Of a DNA stretch of 64,000 bases, positions 31,645 to 42,207 are shown piece by piece. The DNA is from Nitrospirota bacterium (GTDB taxonomy: Bacteria; Nitrospirota; Nitrospiria; Nitrospirales; Nitrospiraceae). A program made the translations under genes and the position numbers. Under the pieces are notes generated by a model. That model made no database searches. It was not told where the DNA came from and saw only the letters and a program-made list of their open reading frames with translations. Position 1 is the stretch's first letter. Each line of letters starts with the position of its first letter. The DNA is taken from the NCBI GenBank assembly GCA_963703955.1, contig CAVPGK010000017.1:322858-386857 (forward strand). Reading direction: 5' to 3'.

Positions 31645-32706
31645 ATGGCTCACCTGGCAAGCGCGGTATTTGTGAACCACTCTACCATCGCGGGGTCTTT
31701 CCTATTTAGTGTGTATTGTATGCTCTGGCTGACCGCTTGTACCGGCTCTCTTCAGCAGCGAGAACTCTATCGTAACAAAGGGATCGCGGTTGGCGTTGAG
31801 ACCGATCTGTCAACGGACGAACATGCCTCGCCCCCGATCATCAACAGGCACCCTGCTCAGTTCACCCCGTCAGAACTTCGCATCCTCCTCGACTCACTCG
31901 AGGTATCAGGTTATAGCGGGACTGTGCTGGGTATGTTCATGACACCAACGCCGAGGCCGGTATTCACAGATGTGGAGATTGCGGCTCTCCTGGAACCTTT
32001 CGCTACAGCGTTCCGCAAGGTGACACCCCGCGAACGCGTCTACTTTTCGCTCCAGAATCCAGCCGCACCTTATGACACAGATCGGACATCGGGGAGTCTC
32101 TTTCTTCGGGATGATTATTTGCATGTGCTCCTCACAGATCACTACGCCTTTTTGAAGGCTGACCCCGGAGGGGGAGAGACCCGAGATCCCCGTGATCATA
32201 AGGGCATGAAACTTTGGGTCACCGCCCCTGCCAAAGCCGCTACCGTGCCGGGTAGAAAGGAGCCAAACTGGGACTCGTTCGAAAAGGTCCACATCTCTCT
32301 CAAGCCTTCCGAGGTGGTGGCCGCGCTTGCGGAGCCTCGAGGAGCACCATCTGGAACATCTCCTGTTGGCGCCACACCTCCAGTGGCAGATCAATCAACA
32401 GGTCGATCGTCTGACAAAGCTCAGCCGTCCGGTTCAAAAACGGCCGACCCCGGCGACGACTCTCGCCTGCAAATCAAGGAACTCACCAGTGCCAATCTGG
32501 ATCTGCGTTCTCGGCTGAAAGAGCAAACAGCAGAAATCAAGGAACTCACCAGTGCCAATCTGGATCTGCGCTCTCGGCTGAAAGAGCAGACAGAAGAGAT
32601 CGAGAAGCTAAAGGATGAACTCGAACGTCTCCGCAGTGAGATAAAGGGAACCTATTCCAAGCCTCCTTCCGAGCGAAAGTCCCCACGCAAGCAATCCACG
32701 CAGTAA
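31645..32706 (+). CDS. Hypothetical lipoprotein with C-terminal coiled coil
   Basis: LTAC lipobox; 353-aa ORF; duplicated 21-aa heptad block. Confidence 0.75.
   Translation: MAHLASAVFVNHSTIAGSFLFSVYCMLWLTACTGSLQQRELYRNKGIAVGVETDLSTDEHASPPIINRHPAQFTPSELRILLDSLEVSGYSGTVLGMFMTPTPRPVFTDVEIAALLEPFATAFRKVTPRERVYFSLQNPAAPYDTDRTSGSLFLRDDYLHVLLTDHYAFLKADPGGGETRDPRDHKGMKLWVTAPAKAATVPGRKEPNWDSFEKVHISLKPSEVVAALAEPRGAPSGTSPVGATPPVADQSTGRSSDKAQPSGSKTADPGDDSRLQIKELTSANLDLRSRLKEQTAEIKELTSANLDLRSRLKEQTEEIEKLKDELERLRSEIKGTYSKPPSERKSPRKQSTQ
32471..32597 (+). repeat. 63-bp in-frame tandem duplication
   Basis: AAATCAAGGAACTCACCAGTGCCAATCTGGATCTGCG... at 32471 and 32534 (IKELTSANLDLRSRLKEQT x2). Confidence 0.92.
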
Positions 32707-32710
32707 GGAG

Positions 32711-32764
32711 TTTACAAATCCTTAACAATCTGTTGTCCGGGGGGTAACATCAGCCCTTTACCCT
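32711..32764 (+). promoter_or_regulatory. Pho-box-like array plus -10 (TPR gene)
   Basis: TTTACA 32711, TTAACA 32722, TTGTCC 32733, GTAACA 32744, TACCCT 32759. Confidence 0.65.
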
Positions 32765-32814
32765 AGCGGCGCGTTATACGGGGAAATTCACCAACAAAAG
32801 AAGGAGAGAAGAGA

Positions 32815-33684
32815 ATGGGTGTAATCGGGCAACGGCTTCTATGGTCTCTCGGTCTGTGCTACATAGCGGTGCTATGCGGGTGTACCACCCCATTACTGCC
32901 TGCACGTGCACAGGATTCGCACGCTAACTTGTTGGCAAGGGCTGAACTGGAATTTCGCCAAGGTAAAGCTGATCAGGCCCTCGCAACCACGGCGGCCGCA
33001 ATCAGAGCCACACCCGGTCGACCAGACGCGTGGAACGCTCGAGGATTCATTTATGCTTCCCAAGGGCACAGTGATGAGGCGATCAAGGACTTTACTGAGG
33101 CCATCCGACTGAACGGAACCCATGCCATTTACCGGAGCAACCTTGGTGTCGCATATTTGGAATCAGGCAAACCCGCCCTAGCGCTCGAGGCCTTCAATGA
33201 AGGTCTGCGGTTAGACCCAAAATCCTCTCTTTTGTTGAACCATCGGGGGAAGGCCTACCGATATATGGGAAGGTTGGACGATGCCCTGCATGACTTCGAT
33301 GCAGCGGCAGACCTGAATGGTGATGATGCAACGATCTATGCAAACCGTGCAGTTACTCATGCGCTTCGCCAGGAGTACGCAGAGGCCAAGCGTGACCTCG
33401 ATGTTGCGGAGGGCTTAAACGACGCTTTACCAGAGGTCTACCAAAGTCGTGGACTGATTGAAATGCTCACCGGTCGCTTCGACAAAGCGGAAGGTGATTT
33501 TTCCAAGGCTTTGGCCCTAGGCGCTGGCGATAACTTACTCTATTACAACCGTGCAGTCGCCCGGTCCATGCTCGGCGATTCGGCCGGTGCACAACAGGAC
33601 TACACGTTTTCCTGCCGAAGGGGCTATGTGTCGGCCTGCGGGTTCAGCCGGATCATCTCCCGGCACGGTACTCCTGCCCTTTAG
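32815..33684 (+). CDS. Tetratricopeptide-repeat lipoprotein
   Basis: LCGC lipobox; repeated NxRG...A..DF..A TPR units. Confidence 0.88.
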   Translation: MGVIGQRLLWSLGLCYIAVLCGCTTPLLPARAQDSHANLLARAELEFRQGKADQALATTAAAIRATPGRPDAWNARGFIYASQGHSDEAIKDFTEAIRLNGTHAIYRSNLGVAYLESGKPALALEAFNEGLRLDPKSSLLLNHRGKAYRYMGRLDDALHDFDAAADLNGDDATIYANRAVTHALRQEYAEAKRDLDVAEGLNDALPEVYQSRGLIEMLTGRFDKAEGDFSKALALGAGDNLLYYNRAVARSMLGDSAGAQQDYTFSCRRGYVSACGFSRIISRHGTPAL

Positions 33685-33817
33685 AGATTAGAGGGAGCTC
33701 TCGCGCATTCACGAAGGCTGCGGGATCGATAACCACGCAGATGGGTAGGTGGTGGACCCCGACGGGGTGCAGATCATACTGACAAGAATTTGGTCTCTAC
33801 CCCGTCGGAGAGCCGAG

Positions 33818-34357
33818 TTAGCTCGTGCAATAGGTTTGACGCTCTAATGGATAATAACCATCGGTGGTATTTGGGAAATCCTCGATCCTATACGATCCAT
33901 ATTCTCCGGTCTTCCAGACGTGCATGCACCGTGCAACAACATAGGGGATCGTGCGGGTAGTCTCGTCCAAAAAGGCAAAGCGCTGGGCGCCTTGAGCCAC
34001 TGCGACTATTACAAACTTATTGCCATACCAGAGCCCGGCTGGATCGACCTTGCCGCTGTACAAGATTGCAAACTCACTCATTGGCTGGACCATTTCTGCC
34101 GGTCCGTACACGGGATGTTCGTTAATGGGAAGTTCTTGGGCACGAATCAGAATACCATTCGGTGATTCCTGTACGCCGATAATGCGTCCGGCAAGTTGGA
34201 CGACACGCCCCGTGAAGACGTCAGGTTTGGCATGTAGGACACCAAATTCCAGTTGGTCCAGGTTGCCAGTGGCATCCGGTGGAAATAGCGAGGGGGCTGA
34301 ACATCCCACGGACGCGATCAAACTCATTCCGACTGTGAGATTGAAGATGGGATTCAT
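33818..34357 (-). CDS. Slp-family lipoprotein (copy 2)
   Basis: SVGC lipobox; LAGRI, QELPI, PYVVARCMHVW. Confidence 0.8.
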   Translation of the reverse strand: MNPIFNLTVGMSLIASVGCSAPSLFPPDATGNLDQLEFGVLHAKPDVFTGRVVQLAGRIIGVQESPNGILIRAQELPINEHPVYGPAEMVQPMSEFAILYSGKVDPAGLWYGNKFVIVAVAQGAQRFAFLDETTRTIPYVVARCMHVWKTGEYGSYRIEDFPNTTDGYYPLERQTYCTS

Positions 34358-34392
34358 CCTTCACCTCCTACCTGTGGATAGCAGGTTGCCGC

Positions 34393-34442
34393 GTAACACA
34401 TTCTTAATAAGTCGATAACATTTTTGTAACATAAAACTGACG
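34393..34442 (+). promoter_or_regulatory. Five-unit Pho-box-like array between divergent slp genes
   Basis: GTAACA 34393, TTAATA 34404, ATAACA 34415, GTAACA 34426, CTGACG 34437. Confidence 0.7.
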
Positions 34443-34553
34443 GGCCCGCAATGGTTGCATTTATGAAGTTTTTATGAAGATTGAACACCTTAACCTTAAT
34501 ACCTCTGCCGTAAGTGTAAGTCAATAGCAAACCGATCGACAAGGAGGGCTAAA

Positions 34554-35120
34554 ATGAAGCCTTGGTTTCTCAAGATGAATCTTGCGGCCACTTGTGCGTT
34601 GTTATCGGCGTGTGCATCGAACTCTCCATTTCCTCCTGGTGTCGAGGAAAATGTCTCCCCAACTTTTCATTTTGAGGCATGGCGGGACGCTGGTCCATCG
34701 AATCCTTCCGGGAAATCCGATGCGGGCATTAAGGTAGAGTTGGGAGGACGGATTGTGCAGGCGATACAGAATGACAAGGGTGTAACTATTGTCGCCGAAG
34801 AACTCCCCATCGTGAAACACCCAGTCTATGGACCAACGGAAAATATCAAGAGAGTAGGTGACTATGAGTTTGCATTTCTCTATCCAGGGCAACTTGAGCA
34901 GAAGGCTCTGAGAAGCGGCAACCGCTTTATTGTTGTGGGGACCACGGGTAGCAGAAAACCAGTCATGGTGAACGGGACGCCCAAGAGTGAGCCTTTTCTT
35001 GTCGCCGACTGTATCCACGTCTGGCAGACGGGACGGACCGAAATCGCCGAGTTTAAGGAAGACCCAGGAGGAGGCTATTCGCCGCTGCCAGAAAAGACCT
35101 ACTGTGTCAGTAAGAAATAG
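34554..35120 (+). CDS. Slp-family lipoprotein (copy 3)
   Basis: LSAC lipobox; LGGRI, EELPI, PFLVADCIHVW. Confidence 0.8.
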   Translation: MKPWFLKMNLAATCALLSACASNSPFPPGVEENVSPTFHFEAWRDAGPSNPSGKSDAGIKVELGGRIVQAIQNDKGVTIVAEELPIVKHPVYGPTENIKRVGDYEFAFLYPGQLEQKALRSGNRFIVVGTTGSRKPVMVNGTPKSEPFLVADCIHVWQTGRTEIAEFKEDPGGGYSPLPEKTYCVSKK

Positions 35121-35524
35121 ACCAGACCGGGCTTATGGTGTCAGTCCTTTGAGAGTGAGATCGGAGAGAAAATCTTTCACTGGAATTTGAATCCTCCAGC
35201 ACCGGAGTGTAGTCCACGACGATTGCACAGCTTGTTGATGAAGCTGTTGCTTGAGCGCCCGCGCTGCAACCATTTGTATTGGCTTGAGTAATCCTATTCC
35301 TCTAGCTTGGTCGTGCGCCATGCGGGCTTTCCTCCTGGCGTCTAAGTTCGTTTGACGTCGAAGGTTCTGCCGATCCCTCACCTCACCGCTGAAGTAACCC
35401 ACCCTTTCGAGAATTCTTCGTTAAGCTTCGCAAAGATTTAACAAAAGACGACCGTGATCTGCCGCGTCGGGATCACGTAATGCCCTGGTCAGTGCCCTTT
35501 GCCATCAGATGCCTCTCTATATAG

Positions 35525-35578
35525 TTAACCTCAGCGTGACATGACCTTTATCTGGAGGCAACACATACCACGTACCAT
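35525..35578 (+). promoter_or_regulatory. Pho-box-like array plus -10 (udk-like gene)
   Basis: TTAACC 35525, GTGACA 35536, TTTATC 35547, GCAACA 35558, TACCAT 35573. Confidence 0.6.
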
Positions 35579-35687
35579 CCGACCGTCGGTTCCACTTGGT
35601 ATTCCAACTATGAAAAAAGGTTTGGAGATGGGTCTGAACCATCATGAATGTTCAGCAGGACGTAGGAGGCTACTGGGTCGGACGGAC

Positions 35688-36296
35688 ATGCATCAGCGCA
35701 TCAACCCGTTTCTCATCGGAGTGAGCGGAGGGACTGGGGCCGGGAAAACCACATTTTCGCGGAAACTGGCGAAGACTCTGTCGACGACACGAACAGTGAC
35801 CGTGGTCGATCTTGATTCCTATCACAAGGATCTCAGTGTTTTGCCTGTGTCTGAAAGACGGCGCATGAACATTGATGCGCCGGAGTCACTCGACTTCGAT
35901 CGATTGCATGACGACCTGTACCGATTAAAACACGCGTCGTTGGTGGATCCTGCAGAAATCGTCATTGCAGAAGGATCGATGGTTTTTATGGATGACAACA
36001 TCCGGGAGCTGTTTGACCTCAAAGTATTCATCGACACGCCACCGGATATTCGACTCCGAAGACGGCTGGAACGAGATGTGAGGGAGAGAGGATGCCTTCT
36101 CGCGGATGCCATTGAACACTACATAGCTTTCGTCCTGCCGATATATGATCATTTTATTCAGCCGGGCAAACACTGTTGCGATTTGATCATAGACGGTTGC
36201 AACGATGCGGACGTCTCATTCGGGGATCTTGCATTACTCGTGTGGCGAAGTATCAAGAATGAAGAGAATTTGGGACGGGTTCACAGCATCCACTAG
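35688..36296 (+). CDS. udk: Uridine kinase-like protein (appears internally shortened)
   Basis: IGVSGGTGAGKTT, DSYHKD, DLKVFID...DIRLRRRLERDVRERG, FIQP.K. Confidence 0.8.
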   Translation: MHQRINPFLIGVSGGTGAGKTTFSRKLAKTLSTTRTVTVVDLDSYHKDLSVLPVSERRRMNIDAPESLDFDRLHDDLYRLKHASLVDPAEIVIAEGSMVFMDDNIRELFDLKVFIDTPPDIRLRRRLERDVRERGCLLADAIEHYIAFVLPIYDHFIQPGKHCCDLIIDGCNDADVSFGDLALLVWRSIKNEENLGRVHSIH

Positions 36297-36308
36297 TTGA
36301 GGAGAGTG

Positions 36309-36563
36309 ATGAACATATGCACGCGCTGTGGCGGCTTTACAGTACCGGACCCAACGTGGGATGGACGCATTGTTACCCAGGGGTGGCGATGCATTATTTG
36401 CGGAGAGTTTGTTGACGAGGTGGTTCTGCGCAATCGCATCTTCCCTCGTTTTCGGCGGCGCGAACCGAGGACACCGCCGCGCAAAATGTTGCGTACAAAG
36501 TCTCTGGCGCCGGTGATCCACTGGAGTCTTCGGTCCTGTCGGCGGAAAAAGACGCTGCCGTGA
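36309..36563 (+). CDS. Small zinc-ribbon protein (third family member)
   Basis: GAGGAG RBS; CTRCGG...WRCIICGEFVDEVVLRNR. Confidence 0.7.
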   Translation: MNICTRCGGFTVPDPTWDGRIVTQGWRCIICGEFVDEVVLRNRIFPRFRRREPRTPPRKMLRTKSLAPVIHWSLRSCRRKKTLP

Positions 36564-36568
36564 CCTAG

Positions 36569-38166
36569 TCACGACCGACCGGCGGCTGAAAAGCGAATCC
36601 GACCTTCGACAGATCCGACCAAAGCCTGGTCTTGCAGCGCCTCAAGCAAGATGTCACGGATCGGGATCTGACGCTCGATGCGTCGTTCGGCATTCGTGAA
36701 GATCGTGTACCCGTCCCCGCCGTCGGCCAAGAACAGATCGGTGGTCACCGAATATCGCCGCGTTCTGTCCAGTGGTCGCCCACCCACCGATAGCTCCTGA
36801 ACCCGCGAGCCGGGTGGGGACGACACGTCGTAGGTGACCGTGAGTCCCGATACCTGAAGAAAACGGCCTGCTGTGCCGGGTAGCATGCTGGCGCTGTTTT
36901 CCAAGGCCTGTAGAAGTTGCTGCCCTGTCATGAAGAACGTCACGGTCGAGGAATCAAACGGCAGCACCTTCTGCACGTGTTCCATGGTGACGGGGCCGGC
37001 AGGAATGCTATCTCGGATCTGACCGCTGTTAATCAAGGCGATATCCGTATGGAACTTGGCGCGCAACAGATCAGCCAGCAGGTTGCCCAGATTGGTCTCA
37101 CCCGACCTGATGCGGCCATGTTCTCCATCGAGAGCCACGAGAGACGTCCCCACGATCATCGCCGACTCTCTTTCAAGCCTTCTACTATAGCCGGCGATGA
37201 GAGCAGCGATGGACGGGTCCGGAGGACGATCATCCGTCACTGGGAGGTTTCGAGCTTTCGCGGACACAACTTTGGCACGGCCGGAGACCCCGTCCCCTTT
37301 GACAATCACCAAGTCGAGTCGCCCGACCGTGCGCCCCAGACGGTGGGTTTTCACAAGCACAGGTCCTGGGTCGGCTAATTCCTCGACCGGCGTCGGAATT
37401 GTCGCGGGTCTCAATCCGTCGAACCCCTCGGTGTGTCCGCCAATGACGATATCGACTTCCTGAAGCTGAGTGAGCAGCGCGACATCCTCGTCCGTCTGCT
37501 CATGGGTAATCGCAGCGACCAAGTCAGCCCCTGCTTCCGTCTTCAGTGCGTGTGCAAGAGCGCGCGCGGTCTCGACGGGATCGCGGAGCTCGAGAAACTT
37601 GGCCGCCTCCCGATTGAACGTGTCGGGAAATTGCTTCTTCCGAGGAGACCGATCAACCCTATCGACAAGTCGCCGACACGGACGACGACTGAGGCGCGAC
37701 AGGGAAGTTCCACCGACCGGCCCACTACGTTCGAGCAGAGTATTGGAAACTCGGCAAGCTCATTGAGACGACGGAAATGATCCAGTCCAAAATCAAACTC
37801 ATGATTGCCGGCACCCATCGCCTGATACCCCATCTGGTTCATGGCTTTGATGTCCGGCTCACCCCGGAAAGCTGAAGACAGCGCTGTTCCGATCAAGATA
37901 TCTCCGGAGTCAACGAGCAGCACGCGCTCGGTTTCGCGGCGCACCGTGGCGATCAGCGCAGCCCGCGCCGCCATCCCTCCGACGTTATGCCCACCCGATT
38001 CAACGGGCAAGGCCGCCCCATGATGTTCGCTGGTATGGAGGATGGTCAGGGTCTGCTCGGCGTCCGATGCGGAGACATCCGCGCGCGCAAAGAGACCGCA
38101 GAGCAGAAAAATGAGGTGCAACACGACCGGCTTCATGTTTTCCATGGCTAAACAGTGAGGCCCCAT
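36569..38166 (-). CDS. Bifunctional UDP-sugar hydrolase/5'-nucleotidase (UshA-like), frameshifted near 37620
   Basis: ILHTSEHHG, DSGD, GNHEFDFG in ORF 37543..38166; GGHTE, ETNLGNLLAD, NSGQIR, FLQVSG, GGDGY in ORF 36569..37522. Confidence 0.88.
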
Positions 38167-38501
38167 GTTTGGCTTCGCGGAAGTTTCACCCGGACACGAG
38201 TGGTTCTTTCTGACAGGATCAATCTCAACTCTTATCCCTTCAGTCGGTGCCAGAATTGCTCTCCTTGGCGTTCACCAGTGTCATAAAATCAAAAATGTAC
38301 GGTTCATATACGCCGGATTTATTCAGGTGCTTTACCTGCGGCTGCGTTTGTGTGCTCTGCTATGAGGATGAGAAGTTAGAGCACGTCCGCATCCTGCTGA
38401 TAGGCCATAATACCGTAGTGCTTGATCAGAGTGCCCTCGACGCCTTTCATGATCTTTCGGTGAGCAATTGGTTGTCCCTGGGAGTAGCATTTGGATGCCC
38501 A

Positions 38502-38981
38502 TCACCCCGTTGCATTCCACTTGGTATACGGATGCTCAACTAATCTGGCATTCGTGTATCGAAAATCTTTGGTTACTTCTTTTCCTATCCACTCCGGTTT
38601 GGCGAATGGTTCGTTCTCTTCTTTGAGTTCAATTTCAGCAACAACTAAGCCTTTGTTCTCGCCATGGAACTCATCGATCTCCCAGAGGTGGCCCTTGTGG
38701 TGGATCTTGTATCGGGTCTTCTCAATGAGTGGACGCTGGCACAACTGGTCGAGGAGCTTCATGGCATCTTCCAATGGAATTGGATATTCGAATTCGGGAG
38801 CTGTGTCGCCAAGTCTTTCTCCTTTGATGGTAAGAATTGCATTTTCACCGACCACGCGGATTCGCACCGTTCGCTTCGGATCGATCGAAAGGTATCCTTG
38901 CCGATACAGTTCGCCCGCAGCTCCGTGTTTCCAGGCAGATGAGGTTAACAAAAACTTCTTCTCTATTTCTTCGTTCTTCAT
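38502..38981 (-). CDS. CYTH-domain protein (triphosphate tunnel metalloenzyme)
   Basis: EIEKKFL (ExExK), QGYL, VRIR, LTIKG, EFEY, EKTRY, WEIDEF, AEIEL. Confidence 0.93.
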   Translation of the reverse strand: MKNEEIEKKFLLTSSAWKHGAAGELYRQGYLSIDPKRTVRIRVVGENAILTIKGERLGDTAPEFEYPIPLEDAMKLLDQLCQRPLIEKTRYKIHHKGHLWEIDEFHGENKGLVVAEIELKEENEPFAKPEWIGKEVTKDFRYTNARLVEHPYTKWNATG

Positions 38982-39556
38982 TCCTTCCTCCTTACAGATA
39001 AGGTACAGAAGGATACAGCGTCAGCGTAAAGTTATGAACCAAATTCGTTGAAAATTTGAAAAAGCCATAAAGGCAGCACGATCCAAAGGCCGAAAACTCG
39101 CCGGAGCCCTAGTGCGTCAGCCCGCCCTTTCACAATGAGTAGCTTCATCCTTTCTTCATTCGGCTCAGTCTTCGCGCGTTGTCAGTCGCTCGCTTATGCA
39201 CCGGAGTCAGTCCTTTCTCGATTACCTTCGCCATGGAGCGTTGCAACCGACTTTGAGGTCGCGCTGGATCCAAAACCTTGCAGCGGCCAGAATGGGACCA
39301 TCCAAGCGGCTATCGTGAGCTCGGCGGCCTTTACGATTGCCCTTTTTTGACGTATCACGCGCATGGATTCCTTTCGTGCGGGTCGACGGCTATTCCCTTA
39401 GAAGCCAGACGATCCGTAGTAAGGTGGGGGCGGCGTGGCCGACCGTCATTTCCTTCGCGAAGCGTATGGGTTCAAAGCAGCGCATAAATCACAGTGGTGA
39501 CCGCGTTGGCCTTCCTGCCTACTCGCCGTCGTTGTCGTGTCCACCCGAGCGCCGAA

Positions 39557-40762
39557 CTACTTGGCAATAGTGATGCTGGGGACTCCGACGCGAGGCACCT
39601 CGCTGATGGTCATTTGGAATAACAGGTACAACAATTGGAACGCCTGGCGATTCCAGCGTGCCAGCGGTCCCTTGCTGTTCACGGAGTAATACTTTCCGTG
39701 GAACTGAATCGACAGGTCGGCTACCGAGGGTGGTCCATCTGAAACCACGAGATCCATCGTGTGCACGGGGTTCTCCGCGACCAGTGGTGTCCGCGGATCC
39801 GGGTCGACGTGGTATTCGGGGTCTTCTTCCAGCGATCGGCCCAGAAAGTTGAGAATGGTATTGAAGCTCCGCAACCGGAAATCTCCCTTGAGGGGGTATT
39901 CCCCTCCGACGTGCCCCGGACGGATGTCGAAGGAAACATCGTTGAAGTTCCCTTCCTCCGTTTCGTCGACCAACCGGGCCAGTTCCTCGGTTGAGAGCGT
40001 GTCGGGGTCATAGTTGGTGATGAGAATCCGGCCCGTGACTTGTTTGATAAGGGTATAGGTGTTGTCTTTCTGGTTATAGGTCACGAGATACTCTTTCTCG
40101 AACGCCTGGAAGCCTTCGGCTGTGACCGAGCTAGCGGGAATGGTCCAGGTCCGATCGAAGACGAGCGGTTCGGCATAGAGCTGGTTCCGGTCCTGAATGG
40201 CTGACAGGTGCGTCACGACCTGACGGAACAGCTCGTAGCCCGCCCGGTCTTCCGGCGTATTGCGGTAGGCGATATCCTGACCATTCCGTTTGATCCGCAG
40301 TTCCTGCGCCATCAGCCTGAGCAGCAGATCGATGTCGAACCGCTGCCGGAGCAGGAGCGTGAACTTGGTTTCTTCAAAGGGCCTCAAGAGCCGCTTGGTG
40401 AACTCTTCCCCTTCGATAGGCGCGATACTGATGGTGGGGTTCTCCGCCACGCTGCCGCCGAAGATCGGCATGAGCAGCGCGCCGACGTCTCCGGTGAGTG
40501 CCGGCGTGGCCCCGGCAGTGACGCGAAAATCGAAGGTCGCGGCGATGTTCGACACACCGGTGAAGTGAATCGGCTCATGGTGCTGCGCCCGCGCGATGTT
40601 GATCAGGAGCTGCTTCGACAGCGAGTCCGTGACGGCATCGTCGTAGGCGATGACGGCTCGGTTCAACGTGATCGGCGAGAGGCATCCTGACAGGGCCAAA
40701 ACGCACAAGATTCCTGCCAGGGCGAGTGGCACGAAGGATTGTGAACGTTGCCCCATCATCAT
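39557..40762 (-). CDS. Hypothetical lipoprotein
   Basis: LSGC lipobox; long clean ORF; QLLINIAR...EP.HF, ENPTISIAP. Confidence 0.75.
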   Translation of the reverse strand: MMMGQRSQSFVPLALAGILCVLALSGCLSPITLNRAVIAYDDAVTDSLSKQLLINIARAQHHEPIHFTGVSNIAATFDFRVTAGATPALTGDVGALLMPIFGGSVAENPTISIAPIEGEEFTKRLLRPFEETKFTLLLRQRFDIDLLLRLMAQELRIKRNGQDIAYRNTPEDRAGYELFRQVVTHLSAIQDRNQLYAEPLVFDRTWTIPASSVTAEGFQAFEKEYLVTYNQKDNTYTLIKQVTGRILITNYDPDTLSTEELARLVDETEEGNFNDVSFDIRPGHVGGEYPLKGDFRLRSFNTILNFLGRSLEEDPEYHVDPDPRTPLVAENPVHTMDLVVSDGPPSVADLSIQFHGKYYSVNSKGPLARWNRQAFQLLYLLFQMTISEVPRVGVPSITIAK

Positions 40763-40997
40763 GTACCCTCCTTCGATCGCGTACGACGATCCTGAGACGA
40801 GTTTGTAGCATATCGGGCGCGAGATGCCTAGCATTGAAGGGGGCCCTATTCATAGAATCTCCTCTGATGCGACGAGTTGTGCCATACACGGACATTGTCT
40901 CTTGCTGTCAATCGAGCGGGTGAATCTGCGCGAAGCGGCATGATAAGGCCACCGCCGCTGAGCGCCGTTTGTTAGGCTGAGCTTCTTTTGAGTGGAA

Positions 40998-42133
40998 TCA
41001 CTGGTTCACATGCACGACCTTGGCCGGCGGGAAGCCGTTGAAGAAGGTGCTGCTGGCGGCGCAGTAGGCACCCATGTTCTCGGAGTAGACCAATTCGCCC
41101 AGGTCCATGTCGGGCAGCTGCTCGGCCAGGCTGATGGTGTCGAGGGCGTCGCATGTGGGGCCGAAGACGGCGCAGAGCTGCGTGGGGCCTTTCCTGAAGC
41201 TTTTCAGGTGGTACTGGCAGTGGTCGAAGATCACGCCGCTGTAGGTGTGATAGACGCCGTCATCGAGATAGTAGCAGAGCTTGCCGCCACGGACGGCCTT
41301 GCCGATGATCTGGGCGACGGCGGTGGCGGCGGAGGCGACCAGGAACCGCCCCGGCTCGGCGAGAATCTCGATCGGCTTGGGAAAAAGGCGGTCCAGTTCG
41401 GCGTTGATCGTTTTGGCCAGGCTCTTGAAGGCAGGGACGGTGTCGTCGTAGTGGGCGGGGAAGCCGCCACCGATGTCGAGCAGCTTGAGATCGAAGCCGC
41501 GCGTCTTGGCCTCGGAGAAGATGCTCGACGGCCAGGTGCAGAGCCTGGATGTAGTTTTGCACGTTCGTGCACTGGCTGCCGACGTGGAAGCTCAGCCCCT
41601 CGACCTCGAGCTTGTTGTTGTGAGCGAAGGCGATCAGGTCCACGGCCTCGCCCGGCAACGCGCCGAACTTGCTCGACAGCTCCACCATCGACCCGGTGTT
41701 GGGCACGCGCAACCGCAACACCAGGCCCGAGTGCGGGGCGTAGCGCGCGATCTTGAGCACCTCCTCGTGGTTGTCGTAGGTGACCAACGGCTTGTATTGA
41801 TCCAACTGCTTGAGCGTCTCGATCGCCTTGATCGGGTTGGCGTAGATGATGCGATCCCAAATGAAGTCCTGCCGCTGCTTGCGCCGGCAGATCCTTGATC
41901 TTCTCGTGCACGATCAAAAACTCGGCCATGCTGGCGACGTCGAAGCTGGCCCCCACGTCGTAGAACGTCTGCACGATGGCCGGGTCGCTGTTGGCCTTGA
42001 CCGCGTAGTAGACCTGCACGCGCGGCAGGTGCTTTCGGAACTGCTCGTAGTTCTCCCGCAGCACTTTATGGTCCACCACGACCAGCGGCGTGCCGTGCAT
42101 CTTGGCCAGTTGAAGCAGCGTCTTTTGGTCCAT
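40998..42133 (-). CDS. Ornithine decarboxylase (type III PLP-dependent), frameshifted twice
   Basis: YYAVKAN, FDVAS, SKFG, SFHVGSQC, DIGGGFP, EPGR, GPTCD, MGAY spread over three frames. Confidence 0.9.
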
Positions 42134-42207
42134 TGATTCTCCTTTGAGTTAATCACACGATCATGACGGGCGCAGGCTGTCGGTCTTTCCCTCTCGTGTG
42201 GGCCAAT

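Noticed and set aside
33747..33808. Long inverted repeat CCGACGGGGT...ACCCCGTCGG
   Set aside because: It lies between convergent genes and is most simply a terminator-type hairpin.
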